A stretch of 64,000 nucleotides of DNA from NCBI GenBank assembly GCA_963712425.1, contig CAVQHW010000004.1:216670-280669 (forward strand), written 5' to 3'. Of this stretch, positions 39,398-50,296 are shown one piece after another (position 1 is the first letter of the stretch; every line of letters starts with the position of its first letter). A program made the position numbers and the translations under genes. The notes under the pieces were generated by a model. It was not told the origin of the DNA. It did not search any database and saw only the letters and a list, made by a program, of their open reading frames with translations. Origin of the DNA: an uncultured Actinomycetota bacterium. GTDB taxonomy: Bacteria > Actinomycetota > Actinomycetes > JAHEKZ01.

Positions 39398-40726
39398 GTG
39401 AGCAAACCTGACCAAACCTCAGACCCGGCTCGAGAAGTCGTAGACCTCTGCCGAGCGTTGATTCGTATCGACACGAGCAACTACGGCGACGACCCGAGAT
39501 CGCAGGAAGCGGTAGCCGCTGAGTACGTTGCCGGGCTACTGAGCGAGGTCGGTCTCGAGGTCGAGTCGATCGAGACGGCCTACGGACGCACCAGCGTCTT
39601 TGCTCGCGTTGAAGGAGAAGACCCCAACGCGCCGGCGATGTTGCTGCACGGGCACCTCGATGTCGTACCAGCGGACGCGGCCGACTGGACGCACCCGCCT
39701 TTCGCCGCCGAGATCCATGAGGACGACGGCGTGCCCATGGTGTGGGGTCGAGGCGCCATCGACATGAAGGACATGGACGCGATGATCCTGTCGGTGATCC
39801 GCGACCGGATCCGCACCGGCCGCCGCACCCGACGTCCGCTCGTGCTGGCATTTCTGGCTGACGAGGAGGCGGGCGGTCGGTTCGGCTCCCATTGGCTCGT
39901 CGAGCATCGACCGGATCTGTTTGAAGGCGTCGACGTGGCCATCGGCGAGGTAGGTGGGTTCAGTTTCACGGTGGACGAGCGGCAGCGGTTGTACCTCATT
40001 GAGGCAGCCGAGAAGGGCATCTCATGGATGCAGCTCGAGGCTGAGGGTCGAGCTGGGCACGGGTCGATGGTCAATCATGAGAACGCTGTGACGCGGTTGA
40101 CCGAAACCGTCGCGCGGATTGGCTCCCATGTGTTCCCCGTCACCATGACGCCAACGGTTGAACGGCTGCTGGCCGAGCTCAAGAGCGCAATGGGTCTCCC
40201 GGAGGAAACGTCTCCAGAGGACGTCGTCGCCCAGCTTGGACCGATCGCACCGATGATCGGGGCAACGTTGCGGCACAGCGCGGCGCCCACCATGTTGGAC
40301 GCTGGCTACAAGACGAACGTGATCCCCGGAACGGCGTCCGCGGTTGTCGACGGACGATTCCTCCCGGGGCGCCGTGAGGAGTTCCTCGAGATCATCGATG
40401 GCCTCCTCGGCCCGCATATCCGCCGCACGACCCTGGTCGACGACATTGCCCTCGAGGCACCGTTCGAAGGCCCCGTCGTCGACGCGATGGTCAAGTCACT
40501 GCTCGAGCATGACCCGGGTGCCCGCGCCGTGCCCTACACGTTGAGCGGTGGCACTGACGCAAAGGCGTTCGCCGCACTCGGTATCCCCGGTTACGGGTTT
40601 GCCCCGCTGCGCCTGCCGCCAACGCTCGCGTTCGCCGACCTGTTTCATGGAGTAGACGAGCGAGTACCAGTTGACGCACTGGAGTTCGGCGCGCGGGTGC
40701 TCGACCGTTTCCTTGACTTGGTCTAA
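39398..40726 (+). CDS. M20-family metallopeptidase (dipeptidase/ArgE/DapE-like)
   Basis: 442 aa with metal-binding motifs (LHGHLDVVPA, GRGAIDMKD, EEAGG) and a dimerisation domain. Confidence 0.82.
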   Translation: MSKPDQTSDPAREVVDLCRALIRIDTSNYGDDPRSQEAVAAEYVAGLLSEVGLEVESIETAYGRTSVFARVEGEDPNAPAMLLHGHLDVVPADAADWTHPPFAAEIHEDDGVPMVWGRGAIDMKDMDAMILSVIRDRIRTGRRTRRPLVLAFLADEEAGGRFGSHWLVEHRPDLFEGVDVAIGEVGGFSFTVDERQRLYLIEAAEKGISWMQLEAEGRAGHGSMVNHENAVTRLTETVARIGSHVFPVTMTPTVERLLAELKSAMGLPEETSPEDVVAQLGPIAPMIGATLRHSAAPTMLDAGYKTNVIPGTASAVVDGRFLPGRREEFLEIIDGLLGPHIRRTTLVDDIALEAPFEGPVVDAMVKSLLEHDPGARAVPYTLSGGTDAKAFAALGIPGYGFAPLRLPPTLAFADLFHGVDERVPVDALEFGARVLDRFLDLV

Positions 40727-40740
40727 CTGGTCTGGCCGAA

Positions 40741-40953
40741 CTACGACTCCCGTCGGGCACGAGCAATGCGCTGCCTGCGGCGCCTGAGCCACACTCGGTA
40801 GCGCCCATCGACATAGCGGACTACCCGCCAGAGCTCCCATCGCCCGTACTCGGCGTGCTCGGTCAGTTCGTGTCGGAGCTGGGAGCGAGTAACCGTCCGA
40901 GGAAAGTCGATGCGCCAGGTCTCATACTCGACGGGAAGTCGGCCAGTGGTCAT
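40741..40953 (-). CDS. Small conserved basic protein (DUF5703-like, hypothetical)
   Basis: 70 aa. Trp/Arg-rich (WRIDFPRTVTRSQLRHELTEHAEYGRWELWRVVRYVDGRYRVW). Tightly packed between the M20 peptidase and AKR genes. Confidence 0.45.
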   Translation of the reverse strand: MTTGRLPVEYETWRIDFPRTVTRSQLRHELTEHAEYGRWELWRVVRYVDGRYRVWLRRRRQRIARARRES

Positions 40954-40965
40954 CGCACGTCCCCG

Positions 40966-41979
40966 CTACTGACCCTGGTTGCCGTCGTCCGGAAGCGCTG
41001 GGCGCTGATTCCACCCATGCTCGGGGTAGCTGCGTGAGGGTGCCGACACCTCATCGAGCGCTACGACGATCTCGTCTGGCAGCTCGAGTGACTCGGTGGC
41101 TAGCGAGCCCAACAGCTGAGCGGCCGTCCGGGCCCCCACGATGGCAGAGGTGACCCCTGGCCGATCCCTGACCCAAGCGAGTGCAACTTCAAGCGGCGCG
41201 ACACCGAGACCACCCGCAGCTGTCACCACCGCATCGACGATCTTGCGCGAACGATCGTCGAGGAACGGCTTCACAAAATCGGCGAAGTGCTCAGAGGCCG
41301 CACGGGAGTCGGACGGCGTGCCGGTGCGGTACTTGCCCGTGAGCGCGCCTCGGCCGAGCGGGGACCACGCCAGCAGACCAGCCTGCGCCTCGTCGAGTGC
41401 CGGAAGGACTTCACGTTCAATGCCGCGTTGCAGCAGCGAGTACTCCATCTGACTCGCGACAAGTGGTGCACGCCCCGGAAATGCCGACTGCCACGCGCAG
41501 GCCCACGCGGTCTGCCATCCGGAGTAGTTCGAGACACCTACGTACCTGGCTCTGCCAGAGCGAACGGCCTCGTCGGCCGCAGAGAGCGTCTCATCGATGG
41601 GGGTGTTGGAATCCCAGGCGTGGAACTGCCACAGGTCGACGTAGTCGGTGCCCAGCCGCTGCAGGGAACTGTCGAGGGCCGAGAGCAGATAGCCGCGAGA
41701 CCCGTCGAATCGACGCTGCGTGCCAGGTCGGCTCGCAGCCTTGGTGGCGATAACAACGTCTGGCCTCGACACAACGTCGCCGACTAACGTTCCGAGGATT
41801 CGCTCAGCCGCCCCGTCGACGTATACGTCGGCAGTGTCGATGAGCGTTCCACCGGCTTCGCAGAACGCCGACAACTGATCACGCGCCTCATGCTCGTCGG
41901 TGTCACGCCCCCACGTCATCGTGCCAAGACCCAGGCGCGAGACCGTGAGCCCAGCCGATCCGAGGTGACGTTGCTCCAT
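40966..41979 (-). CDS. Aldo/keto reductase
   Basis: Starts MEQRHLGSAGLTVSRLGLGTMTWG (the canonical AKR N-terminus). A YVDLWQFH-type catalytic region is present. Confidence 0.82.
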   Translation of the reverse strand: MEQRHLGSAGLTVSRLGLGTMTWGRDTDEHEARDQLSAFCEAGGTLIDTADVYVDGAAERILGTLVGDVVSRPDVVIATKAASRPGTQRRFDGSRGYLLSALDSSLQRLGTDYVDLWQFHAWDSNTPIDETLSAADEAVRSGRARYVGVSNYSGWQTAWACAWQSAFPGRAPLVASQMEYSLLQRGIEREVLPALDEAQAGLLAWSPLGRGALTGKYRTGTPSDSRAASEHFADFVKPFLDDRSRKIVDAVVTAAGGLGVAPLEVALAWVRDRPGVTSAIVGARTAAQLLGSLATESLELPDEIVVALDEVSAPSRSYPEHGWNQRPALPDDGNQGQ

Positions 41980-42046
41980 GCCGGGTGAGCGTAGCGAGCC
42001 TTGCTCGATAGAGTCCGACGCCATGCGGAGCGGTCAGTGAGCTGGA

Positions 42047-42867
42047 TCGAGGCGATCCTCCTCGGGATCCTGCAGGGCCTGACCGAGTTCTTGCCGATCT
42101 CGAGTAGCGCGCACCTGGCGATCTTCCCCCAGTTGTTCGGAAGCACCGACCCTGGCGCATCCTTTACGGCGGTCACTCAGATCGGTACGGAACTGGCGGT
42201 GATCTGGTACTTCCGTCGAGATCTGTGGCGGATCGGATCGACGTGGACGACCTCGCTGTGGCGACCGGAGCGCCGGGGGCTCCTGGACGCACGTATGGGT
42301 TGGTACATCATCATCGGCACCATTCCCATCGCGGTCGCTGGGCTGCTGCTCGAAGACACCATCCAGACCAGCTTTCGCAATCTCTGGGTAATCGGGGTGA
42401 ACCTGATCCTGTTTGGTCTGGTGTTGGGGGTCCTGGATCGCATCGCGGCCCATGTGCGCCCCATCGAGCGACTCACCTTGAAGGACGCGGTCCTGTACGG
42501 CTTGGCGCAGATGCTGGCCTTGGTGCCTGGCGTTTCACGGTCAGGTGCCACGATCAGCATGGGGCTCGCCCTGAAGTACACCCGCGAAGCGGCCACGCGT
42601 TACGCGTTCTTGCTGGCCATTCCGGCAGTCGTTGCCTCAGCCATCTTCCAGATCCCCGACGTGAACGCTTCAGCCGAACCGGGCATGGCCAAGACGGTGG
42701 TCGCGACGGTCGTCGCCTTCGTCGTTGGCTACGCGGTGGTGGCGTGGCTGCTCCGCTACCTCCGGACCCACTCCTACTTGCCGTTCGTCATTTATCGCGT
42801 GGCGTTGGGGGTGCTGGTTCTCGCTCTGTTGTGGGCTGGGGTGCTTGAACCTGACGTCGCGGCGTGA
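42047..42867 (+). CDS. uppP: Undecaprenyl-diphosphate phosphatase UppP/BacA
   Basis: A likely GTG start at 42047 (VSWIEAILLGILQGLTEFLPISSSAHL) and a second motif (PGVSRSGATI). The ORF track begins at 42001. Confidence 0.85.
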
Positions 42868-42885
42868 CCCGCTTAGGGTGGACGC

Positions 42886-43611
42886 GTGACGACAGTGCTA
42901 CTGATCCGGCATGGCCGGACGACGGCCAATGCTGATGGCACGCTGGCGGGGTGGACGCCAGGCGTCCATCTCGATGACCTCGGCAACGAGCAAGCCGCCG
43001 CTCTCGCCACGCGTCTCGCCGGGGTCCCACTAACAGCGGTGCTGTCGAGCCCGCTCGATCGCTGCCAGCAGACTGCTCGCGCGATCGCCGAACAGCGAGA
43101 GCTCGCAGTGCAACTAGATGAAGACCTTGGCGAAGTGCGCTACGGAGATTGGACCGGACAACCCCTGAAGACGCTCAGTCGAGATCCGCTCTGGAAGGTC
43201 GTGCAGCAGCATCCGAGCGCCGTGACGTTTCCTGGCAAAGGCGGAGAAGGCCTCGCGGCAATGCAGGCAAGGGCGGTGGCCTCCGTGCGCCGCTGGAATG
43301 CAGAGCTTGGGTCAGACGCTGTAGTCGCCGTGGTCTCTCATGGCGATGTCATCAAGGCGTTGCTGGCTGACGCGCTCGGCATGCATCTCGACCTCTTTCA
43401 GCGAATCACCGTCGACCCTGCTTCACTGAGCGTTGTCCGTTACGCCGGCACGCGGCCGTTCGTCGAACGCATCAACGATGGCGGTGGAGATGTGACCGCC
43501 CTCATCCGCAAGAAGCGAAGGCGCAAGTCGGCTAAGTCCGACGACGCGGTTGTCGGCGGAGGGGCCGGACCTGCAGCACGACCCTCGCGCAGCAGACGGA
43601 GAAGCTCATGA
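42886..43611 (+). CDS. Histidine-phosphatase superfamily protein (Rv2135c-like)
   Basis: RHG motif (LLIRHGRTTAN) and a downstream SHGDVI motif. Confidence 0.75.
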   Translation: MTTVLLIRHGRTTANADGTLAGWTPGVHLDDLGNEQAAALATRLAGVPLTAVLSSPLDRCQQTARAIAEQRELAVQLDEDLGEVRYGDWTGQPLKTLSRDPLWKVVQQHPSAVTFPGKGGEGLAAMQARAVASVRRWNAELGSDAVVAVVSHGDVIKALLADALGMHLDLFQRITVDPASLSVVRYAGTRPFVERINDGGGDVTALIRKKRRRKSAKSDDAVVGGGAGPAARPSRSRRRSS

Positions 43612-44144
43612 CCATTCATTCCTTTACTGACCCTGAGCGGTTCGTGGCCGGAACCGTCGGTCCTCCTGGGCAGCGCGTCTTCTTTCTTCAAGCCCACGAT
43701 GGCAAGCGCACGACGAGCGCTGCGGTTGAGAAGGAACAGGTCCGCATCCTCGCGGAGCGCCTAGACGGCATGCTTGACCTGTTGCTTCGGCGAGGCGTCA
43801 CCGACCCACCGATCCCTGTGGTGCCTGACCCCTCCGACAAAGACACCGAACCCCTGTCTGCGCCAGTCGAAGAAGACTTCCGGGTCTCTGTTCTCCGCAT
43901 TGCATGGGACGCAGACGCTGAGCGAGTGCTGATCGAGGCGGCATCTGAGCCGGCCGACGATGACGAAGAGGAGTTGAGCGGCGACATCTTGTCGGTGCGC
44001 ATTACCGGACGCGCCGCCCGGGCATTCGTCGCGCGGGCCGAGTCGGTCGTCGCTGCCGGCCGCCCACCGTGCCCCTTCTGCACATTGCCTCTCGATCCTG
44101 AGGGCCACATCTGCCCACGCTCCAATGGGTATCGCCGGCGATGA
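43608..44144 (+). CDS. DUF3090-family protein (Rv2134c-like) with a C-terminal Cys cluster
   Basis: 178 aa ending CPFCTLPLDPEGHICPRSNGY. It overlaps the neighbouring stops and starts. Confidence 0.6.
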   Translation: MTIHSFTDPERFVAGTVGPPGQRVFFLQAHDGKRTTSAAVEKEQVRILAERLDGMLDLLLRRGVTDPPIPVVPDPSDKDTEPLSAPVEEDFRVSVLRIAWDADAERVLIEAASEPADDDEEELSGDILSVRITGRAARAFVARAESVVAAGRPPCPFCTLPLDPEGHICPRSNGYRRR

Positions 44145-44857
44145 CCCTCGAGTCGATCGACCTCGACTCCGGAGAGCTGGAGGTCGTGGGCCAACTGGTC
44201 GACGCGTCGAATGCGAGTTTGCTGTGTCGGTTGCGCAGCGGTCGGGACGGCACGATGCGTCAGGTGATCTACAAGCCGCGAATCGGGGAGCGTCCGCTGT
44301 GGGACTTTCCGGAAGGCACGCTGAGTCAGCGTGAGGTTGCTGCGCGAGTCGTGGCAGAGTCGCTGGGTTGGCGCATCGTTCCCCCCACGGTGTGGCGCGA
44401 CGGGCCGTTCGGTCCAGGCATGGTTCAGGAGTGGATCGACGTCGACCTGAGTGTTGATCCAGTGCAGCTCGTGCAGAGTGATGACGAGTTGCTCCGTCGC
44501 ATCGCGGTCTTCGATGCGCTGATCAACAATGGCGACCGCAAGGGTGGCCACCTGCTGCCAGATGCCAACGGTGCGATCTGGGGGATTGACCACGGCGTGA
44601 CGTTTGCGGTGTCCGGCAAACTACGCACGGTGCTGTGGCAGTGGCGCGGCGAGGTCATTCCGGACGTGCTGTTGAGCGACGTCGAGCAGTGGCTCGGGGA
44701 GTGGGACGCAGGAGCTCAGTGGCTAGGGCAACTCATGGCACTTCTCTCAGCCGAAGAGATGGCAGCGCTGCGTGCGCGCGCCGATGAGCTGCTGCTCACG
44801 CGCACACACCCCGAACCTTCGCCTGACTGGCCGCCGATCCCATGGCCACCCTTCTGA
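44141..44857 (+). CDS. SCO1664-family protein (Rv2133c-like; PI3/4-kinase-like fold)
   Basis: 238 aa with the DRKGGH...DHG kinase-like catalytic motifs. Confidence 0.6.
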   Translation: MTLESIDLDSGELEVVGQLVDASNASLLCRLRSGRDGTMRQVIYKPRIGERPLWDFPEGTLSQREVAARVVAESLGWRIVPPTVWRDGPFGPGMVQEWIDVDLSVDPVQLVQSDDELLRRIAVFDALINNGDRKGGHLLPDANGAIWGIDHGVTFAVSGKLRTVLWQWRGEVIPDVLLSDVEQWLGEWDAGAQWLGQLMALLSAEEMAALRARADELLLTRTHPEPSPDWPPIPWPPF

Positions 44858-44891
44858 CCATCCCCACACGGCCCAGATAGGCTCTCGCGTC

Positions 44892-46127
44892 GTGGAGTCC
44901 TGGTCGCAACCGCCGGTGCCGTCGCTGCCTGGCGATGGCCGGAAAGTGTCGCTGTTCGACACGACCTCTGGGCGCACAACCCCTTCAGAGCCTGAGGGCA
45001 CAGCCTCGCTGTATGTCTGCGGGATAACCCCCTACGACGCGACGCACCTCGGACACGCCGCCACATACATCGCGTTCGACCTGCTTCAGAGAATGTGGCT
45101 CGACAACGGTCACGACGTGCACTACGTACAAAACGTCACCGACATTGATGATCCGCTTCTCGAACGGGCCGTTGCCACGGGGCAGGATTGGCAAGAGTTG
45201 GCTCGCGCCGAGACCTCGCTGTTCTGTGAAGACATGGCGGCGCTCGGCGTCCTACCACCGCGTGAGTACATCGGTGCCGTTGAGTCCATCCCGCTGATCG
45301 TTGAGCGGATCGACGAGCTCCTCGCTTCAGGGTCGGCCTATCGAGTGGACGACGACATCTACTTCGCCACTTCGAGCGATCCGGACTTCGGATCTGTCGG
45401 CTCCTACGATCGGCCCCGGATGCTTGAGCTCTTCGCCGAACGCGGTGGCGATCCTGACCGTGCTGGCAAGAAGGACCCGCTCGACCCGCTGTTGTGGCAG
45501 GCAGAGCGTCCTGGCGAGCCAGCGTGGGATACCCATTTAGGTCACGGTCGCCCGGGCTGGCACATTGAGTGCACCGCCATCGCCTTGCACTACCTCGGCG
45601 AGCGGTTCGACGTTCAGGGCGGCGGCAGTGATCTGATTTTCCCGCACCACGAGATGGGTGCGTCACAAGCGCACCTGCTCACTGGCAAGCGACCATTTGC
45701 CACGCACTTCGTTCACACCGGAATGGTCGGTCTCGATGGCGAGAAGATGTCGAAGTCGAAGGGCAACCTGGTCTTCGTCTCCCGCCTGCGTGATGACGGT
45801 CATGATCCGATGGCGATTCGCTTGGCTCTTCTTGCACACCACTATCGCGACGACTGGGACTGGACGGACGCCGACCTCGCGTCCGGCGAGGATCGCTTGC
45901 TGCGCTGGACAATCGCTGCCACCTCCGAGCGTGGGCCTGCTTCAGCGCCCGTGATCACTGAGGTTCGGGAGGCTCTGGCAGATGATTTGAATGCTCCCCG
46001 TGCCCTCGCGGCGATCGATGCTTGGGCCGACGCGGTGGCCGCTGGTACCGGCGACGACTCTGATGCACCGCGAGCGATCGCTGATCTGAGCGAGAGCTTG
46101 TTGGGCGTCACGCTTCGAAGCGAGTAA
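44892..46127 (+). CDS. mshC: L-cysteine:1D-myo-inositol 2-amino-2-deoxy-alpha-D-glucopyranoside ligase MshC (mycothiol biosynthesis)
   Basis: Collinear with M. tuberculosis MshC ([43 protein letters not shown]). It lacks the CysRS C-terminal extension. A likely GTG start at 44892; the ORF track starts at 44772. Confidence 0.9.
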   Translation: MESWSQPPVPSLPGDGRKVSLFDTTSGRTTPSEPEGTASLYVCGITPYDATHLGHAATYIAFDLLQRMWLDNGHDVHYVQNVTDIDDPLLERAVATGQDWQELARAETSLFCEDMAALGVLPPREYIGAVESIPLIVERIDELLASGSAYRVDDDIYFATSSDPDFGSVGSYDRPRMLELFAERGGDPDRAGKKDPLDPLLWQAERPGEPAWDTHLGHGRPGWHIECTAIALHYLGERFDVQGGGSDLIFPHHEMGASQAHLLTGKRPFATHFVHTGMVGLDGEKMSKSKGNLVFVSRLRDDGHDPMAIRLALLAHHYRDDWDWTDADLASGEDRLLRWTIAATSERGPASAPVITEVREALADDLNAPRALAAIDAWADAVAAGTGDDSDAPRAIADLSESLLGVTLRSE

Positions 46128-46135
46128 CCCGCCGG

Positions 46136-46978
46136 TCAGTCGTCGCTGCGTCGACGCAGGTACCGCTCGAACTCGCGCGCAATGGCATCACCGCTCGCCT
46201 CAGGTAGATCTGCGGTGTCTCGGGCTTCCTCGAGGGACCGCACATACTCGGCCACCTCGTCATCATCGTGTGCGAGTTCGTTCACGCCACGCTCCCAGGC
46301 GAGGGCCTCCTCTTCGAGGTCACCCGGCGGAAGAGTGAGGTCGAGCGCATCCTCCAACGCCCGCAAGAGCGCCAACGTCGCTTTGGGGCACGGTGACTGC
46401 GAGACGTAGTGGGGCACCGCCGCCCAGTACGAGAGGGTCTCGATCCCGGCACGAGTGAAGCCTTCGGTTAGCGCGCCAACGATGCCAGTCGGCCCCTCAT
46501 AGCGGGTGAGCTCGACCCCCATGCGCTCCGCGATGGCGGGATCGGATGCCACCGAGGTGACCGGCACCGGCCGGGTGTGGGGCGTGTCGGCGAGCAGGCT
46601 GCCGATGGTGACGACTCGGTCGACATCGAGCTCGAAGGCCAACCCGATGATCTCGCTGATGAAGCTCCGCCAGCGCATGCTCGGTTCGATGCCGCGGACC
46701 ACAACAAGGTCAGGCCCGTCGGGGATTGTTGTCGCTGTGGCAGAGGTGGATGGCCACGTGATCTCTCGAACGCCACGCTCACCGACAGAGATGATGGGTC
46801 GGTTGACCTGAAAGTCGTAGTAGTCCTCGGGGTCGACCTCCGCGAACCGCTGCCCGGGAAAGCGTTCGAGAAGGTGGTCGATCACACCGGTCGCGGCCTC
46901 AGCGGCGTCGTTCCAGCCCTCGAAGGCGGCCACGAGCACGGGTTGGTGCATCGCCGGCACCCCGTCGAACTCGATCAT
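46136..46978 (-). CDS. PAC2 (proteasome assembly chaperone 2)-family protein (Rv2125-like)
   Basis: 280 aa matching the PAC2-family N-terminus (PVLVAAFEGWNDAAEAATGVIDHL). Confidence 0.7.
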   Translation of the reverse strand: MIEFDGVPAMHQPVLVAAFEGWNDAAEAATGVIDHLLERFPGQRFAEVDPEDYYDFQVNRPIISVGERGVREITWPSTSATATTIPDGPDLVVVRGIEPSMRWRSFISEIIGLAFELDVDRVVTIGSLLADTPHTRPVPVTSVASDPAIAERMGVELTRYEGPTGIVGALTEGFTRAGIETLSYWAAVPHYVSQSPCPKATLALLRALEDALDLTLPPGDLEEEALAWERGVNELAHDDDEVAEYVRSLEEARDTADLPEASGDAIAREFERYLRRRSDD

Positions 46979-47082
46979 TGACCCCTCCTTTGGACTCCGC
47001 CAGCGTACGCCCGGCGCTGCTGAGGGTCAGACCGCCGCACCGACCGTACTCCGGTCGGGCTTGGTGGGTAGGTTTCGCTGCC

Positions 47083-47760
47083 ATGACCGTGCCTCGTGAG
47101 TCGGCCCGAGGACTGTGCGGGGTGTTCTTTGACATGGATGGCCTACTGGTCGACAGCGAGCCGCAGTGGTTCGCTGCGGAGGCTCGCACCGTGGCCCAGC
47201 TCGGCGGACAGTGGGGCCCTGATGAGGCAGCAGATCTACTCGGAAGCAATCTAGAAGTGGCGGCCAACTACATGATTGCCCACACCGGAACGACATTAAC
47301 GACACCAGCGGTGATGCAGATGCTGCTCGACAATGCGACGACCGAGCTCGCGCGCGGAGTTCAGTTTCGTCCGGGCGCCTTAGCCCTGGTTGGTGCCCTC
47401 GCCGACGTGGGGATCCCTGTCGCGCTCGTCACGTCGTCGGTCAGGACCCACGTGGAGGTCGTACTGGAGCACTTGAAAACAGACCCCTTCCAGTTTCACG
47501 TGACCGCCGATGACGTCACTCACCTGAAACCGCACCCAGAGCCGTACCTGACGGCCCTCGACCGACTAGGGCTACGCGCTCGCAGCGTCGTCGTGCTCGA
47601 AGACAGCCCGACAGGAGTGGCAGCAGCTGAGGCCGCTGGGTGCCACGTCGTGGCGGTGCCCAGCGAGGTCGCCATTGCCGCGGCGCCAGGGCGCACGGTG
47701 ATCGAGAGCTTGACCACCGTTGACGTGCCGCTGCTGGAGAGACTCGTCACTCGGTCGTAA
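47083..47760 (+). CDS. HAD-superfamily hydrolase (beta-phosphoglucomutase-like subfamily IA)
   Basis: HAD motif I (VFFDMDGLLVDSE), motif II (VTSS) and motif IV (EDSPTGVAAAEAAG). ATG 47083. Confidence 0.8.
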   Translation: MTVPRESARGLCGVFFDMDGLLVDSEPQWFAAEARTVAQLGGQWGPDEAADLLGSNLEVAANYMIAHTGTTLTTPAVMQMLLDNATTELARGVQFRPGALALVGALADVGIPVALVTSSVRTHVEVVLEHLKTDPFQFHVTADDVTHLKPHPEPYLTALDRLGLRARSVVVLEDSPTGVAAAEAAGCHVVAVPSEVAIAAAPGRTVIESLTTVDVPLLERLVTRS

Positions 47761-50293
47761 TGGCCCGCAATACGTCGAGTCTCGCCGCCCGGCGGGCGGG
47801 CCAGAGCGCAGCCAATGCGCCAACCACCATCGCGACGATCAGGTAGACGACCATCTGGCCCCACGGGATGGCCAACTCGGTCACGCCGAACGCTTCCATC
47901 GCCTTTTGCAGCGCGACGCCGAAGGCGAGGCCCAGAACGATCCCGACCAAAGCTCCGAAGACGGCGAGTACGACGGACTCCAGCACGATCATGCGTCGTA
48001 CCTGGCGCCGTGACGTGCCGACCGCACGCAGCATGCCGATCTCTCGAGTCCGTTCCAGGACGGACAGGTACAGCGTATTCACGATCCCCAGGATGGCGAT
48101 GAAGATGGCGAGCCCGAGCATGGCGACGATGACACCGAGCAGCGCAGAGACGTTCTTCTGGAACTCCTCTTTCAGCTCCTGCTGCGACTGGACCCGCACG
48201 GTCGGGTACTGGGCGACGATGTCGTCGATACCCGCCCGCACCGCGGTGAGATCGGCGTCCGGATCGGCCTTGACGTAGACGAACGCGTCACCGACCTCAA
48301 TGCCTGCTGACTCGAGGGCCTCCTGGGTCACGGTGTAGCCGCTGAAGAATCCCTCTGGCTCGTAGAGCCCGACAACCTCGACCTTGAGCGATCCCGTGGG
48401 GAAGAGGAACGTCACCTCATCACCGACCGAGACGCCATTCATCTCTGCCGATGTCGTGTCGACGACAACTGTGCCTTCGGACAAGTCACCGAATGAACCC
48501 TCGGTGAAGGTCAGATTGAGAACATCGCTGATCGTGTCAGGGTCTGCCGTTGTCAGAAACGCCAACTGTGGCCCTCCAACTCCAGTATCGATCTCGGTCT
48601 GAAGCAGGGCCTGACGACTGACTGCCTCTACCCCGTCAACGTCTTCGATCTGATTGGCGATCGTCGCCGGGAAGGGGCGTTGCGTCGAGTTGGAAACGAT
48701 GAACTCCGCGCCGATCACGTCATCCACCATTGCGTTGACCGATTGCGACAGTGAAGCAGCGATCACGGTGAAGCCGCTGACAAGTGCCAGGCCGATCATC
48801 AGGGCGGAAGCGGTTGCGGCAGAGCGTCGCGGCTGCCGCGAGGCGTTGTCCATCGCAAGCCGACCAACCGTGCCGAAGAGCCGGGGGAGCGGCGCTCCGA
48901 CGGTCCGTGAGATTGGCTTTGCCAGCAGCGGGATGAAGACGATGGCGCCGATCAAGAAGCCCAGGACACCCAGCCCCACGAGGCCAAATCCACTGCCGTT
49001 CTCAGCGGTCGCCCCGAACCACAGCGCTGTCCCACCGAGCGCAAGCAGGACGGCTCCGATGATTCCGCGTCGTCGCAATGACGAGGTTGGCAAGGTGGCG
49101 TCGTCGCGGAGCGCAGCGACGGGGGGAATCTTCGAGGCGCGTCGGGCGGGGAACCACGCCGATGCGACGGTGATGATGACTCCGAGCGCGATGCCAGCAA
49201 TGAAAGTTCCCGGTTCGAGCACCAGCGGGGTGTTGCCCATCTCAATTCCGATTGCGCCAAAGCCAGCGCTGAGCAGCTTCGTGACGACGATGCCGAATAG
49301 GCAACCGATCGCGGAAGCCACCAACCCAACGATCAAGGATTCGAGCAGCACCGAACGGACGATCTGCCCGCGGGTGGCGCCCACGGCTCGCAGAAGTGCC
49401 AGTTCCTTGGTGCGCTGTGACACCAACATCGAGAAGGTGTTGACGATGAGGAAAGCACCGACAAACGCGGACACCAGCGAGAAGGCGAGCAGAATGTTGT
49501 TGAAGACGCCTAGGTCATCCGTGATCTGCTGCGTCGCCTCGTCAGCCGCCTCATCCCCGGTCTGTACCGTCACGCCCTGCCCCACCACCGCAGAGACGTC
49601 ATCGGCCAGATCTACCTGCGAGACGCCATCGTCTGCAGCTACGTCGATCGAGGTATAGGCATCACGGCCCTTGATCAGCAGTTCCTGCGCCGTTGGTGTG
49701 TCGAAGGCCGCAATCGTCGCGCCTGCCAAGTTGCCGCTGGTGCCGAACCGAAAAATGCCTACCAGTTCGGAGGTGGTCACCCCGTCAGGAGTGACCAACT
49801 GCACCTGGTCGCCAACCGAGAACTCGCCCGTTTCAGCGGACTTGGAGTCGATGGCGACCTCTTTGCGGCCGCTGGGACCCGAACCCTCGGTGATCCGGTA
49901 GGGCGTCAGCCGCTCGTCATCGCTCCAGTTGCTGCCGAACTGAGGAGCCCCGGACTGGCCGATCGGTTCGCCGTCGCTACCGATGATCGCGACGCCGTCG
50001 GCAAAGACCGTACCCCCGGCGGCGGCGACGCCTTGCACGCCTTGAATCTCGGACAGCAGGTCCGCCGGCAGAGTCGAAACTTCACCCGCGAGGCCCGTGC
50101 CCTCCGTCTCTGTTTCCGCCGTGACTACGACGTCGCTGGTCGTCTGACCAAAGAGGTCGGTGAATGTCTTGTTGAGGGTGGCACCAAAGATCAGGGTTCC
50201 CACCACGAACCCGACGCTCAAGATGATCGCGAGCATGGACAGGATCATGCGCAGCTTGTGAGAGATCAAACTGCGCCAGGCGGCGCGGAGCAT
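47747..50293 (-). CDS. ABC transporter permease with two FtsX-like domains (MacB/YknZ-type)
   Basis: 848 aa with two 4-TM FtsX modules, each preceded by a large extracytoplasmic domain. It directly follows the ATPase gene. Confidence 0.82.
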   Translation of the reverse strand: MLRAAWRSLISHKLRMILSMLAIILSVGFVVGTLIFGATLNKTFTDLFGQTTSDVVVTAETETEGTGLAGEVSTLPADLLSEIQGVQGVAAAGGTVFADGVAIIGSDGEPIGQSGAPQFGSNWSDDERLTPYRITEGSGPSGRKEVAIDSKSAETGEFSVGDQVQLVTPDGVTTSELVGIFRFGTSGNLAGATIAAFDTPTAQELLIKGRDAYTSIDVAADDGVSQVDLADDVSAVVGQGVTVQTGDEAADEATQQITDDLGVFNNILLAFSLVSAFVGAFLIVNTFSMLVSQRTKELALLRAVGATRGQIVRSVLLESLIVGLVASAIGCLFGIVVTKLLSAGFGAIGIEMGNTPLVLEPGTFIAGIALGVIITVASAWFPARRASKIPPVAALRDDATLPTSSLRRRGIIGAVLLALGGTALWFGATAENGSGFGLVGLGVLGFLIGAIVFIPLLAKPISRTVGAPLPRLFGTVGRLAMDNASRQPRRSAATASALMIGLALVSGFTVIAASLSQSVNAMVDDVIGAEFIVSNSTQRPFPATIANQIEDVDGVEAVSRQALLQTEIDTGVGGPQLAFLTTADPDTISDVLNLTFTEGSFGDLSEGTVVVDTTSAEMNGVSVGDEVTFLFPTGSLKVEVVGLYEPEGFFSGYTVTQEALESAGIEVGDAFVYVKADPDADLTAVRAGIDDIVAQYPTVRVQSQQELKEEFQKNVSALLGVIVAMLGLAIFIAILGIVNTLYLSVLERTREIGMLRAVGTSRRQVRRMIVLESVVLAVFGALVGIVLGLAFGVALQKAMEAFGVTELAIPWGQMVVYLIVAMVVGALAALWPARRAARLDVLRAITTE

Positions 50294-50296
50294 CGA

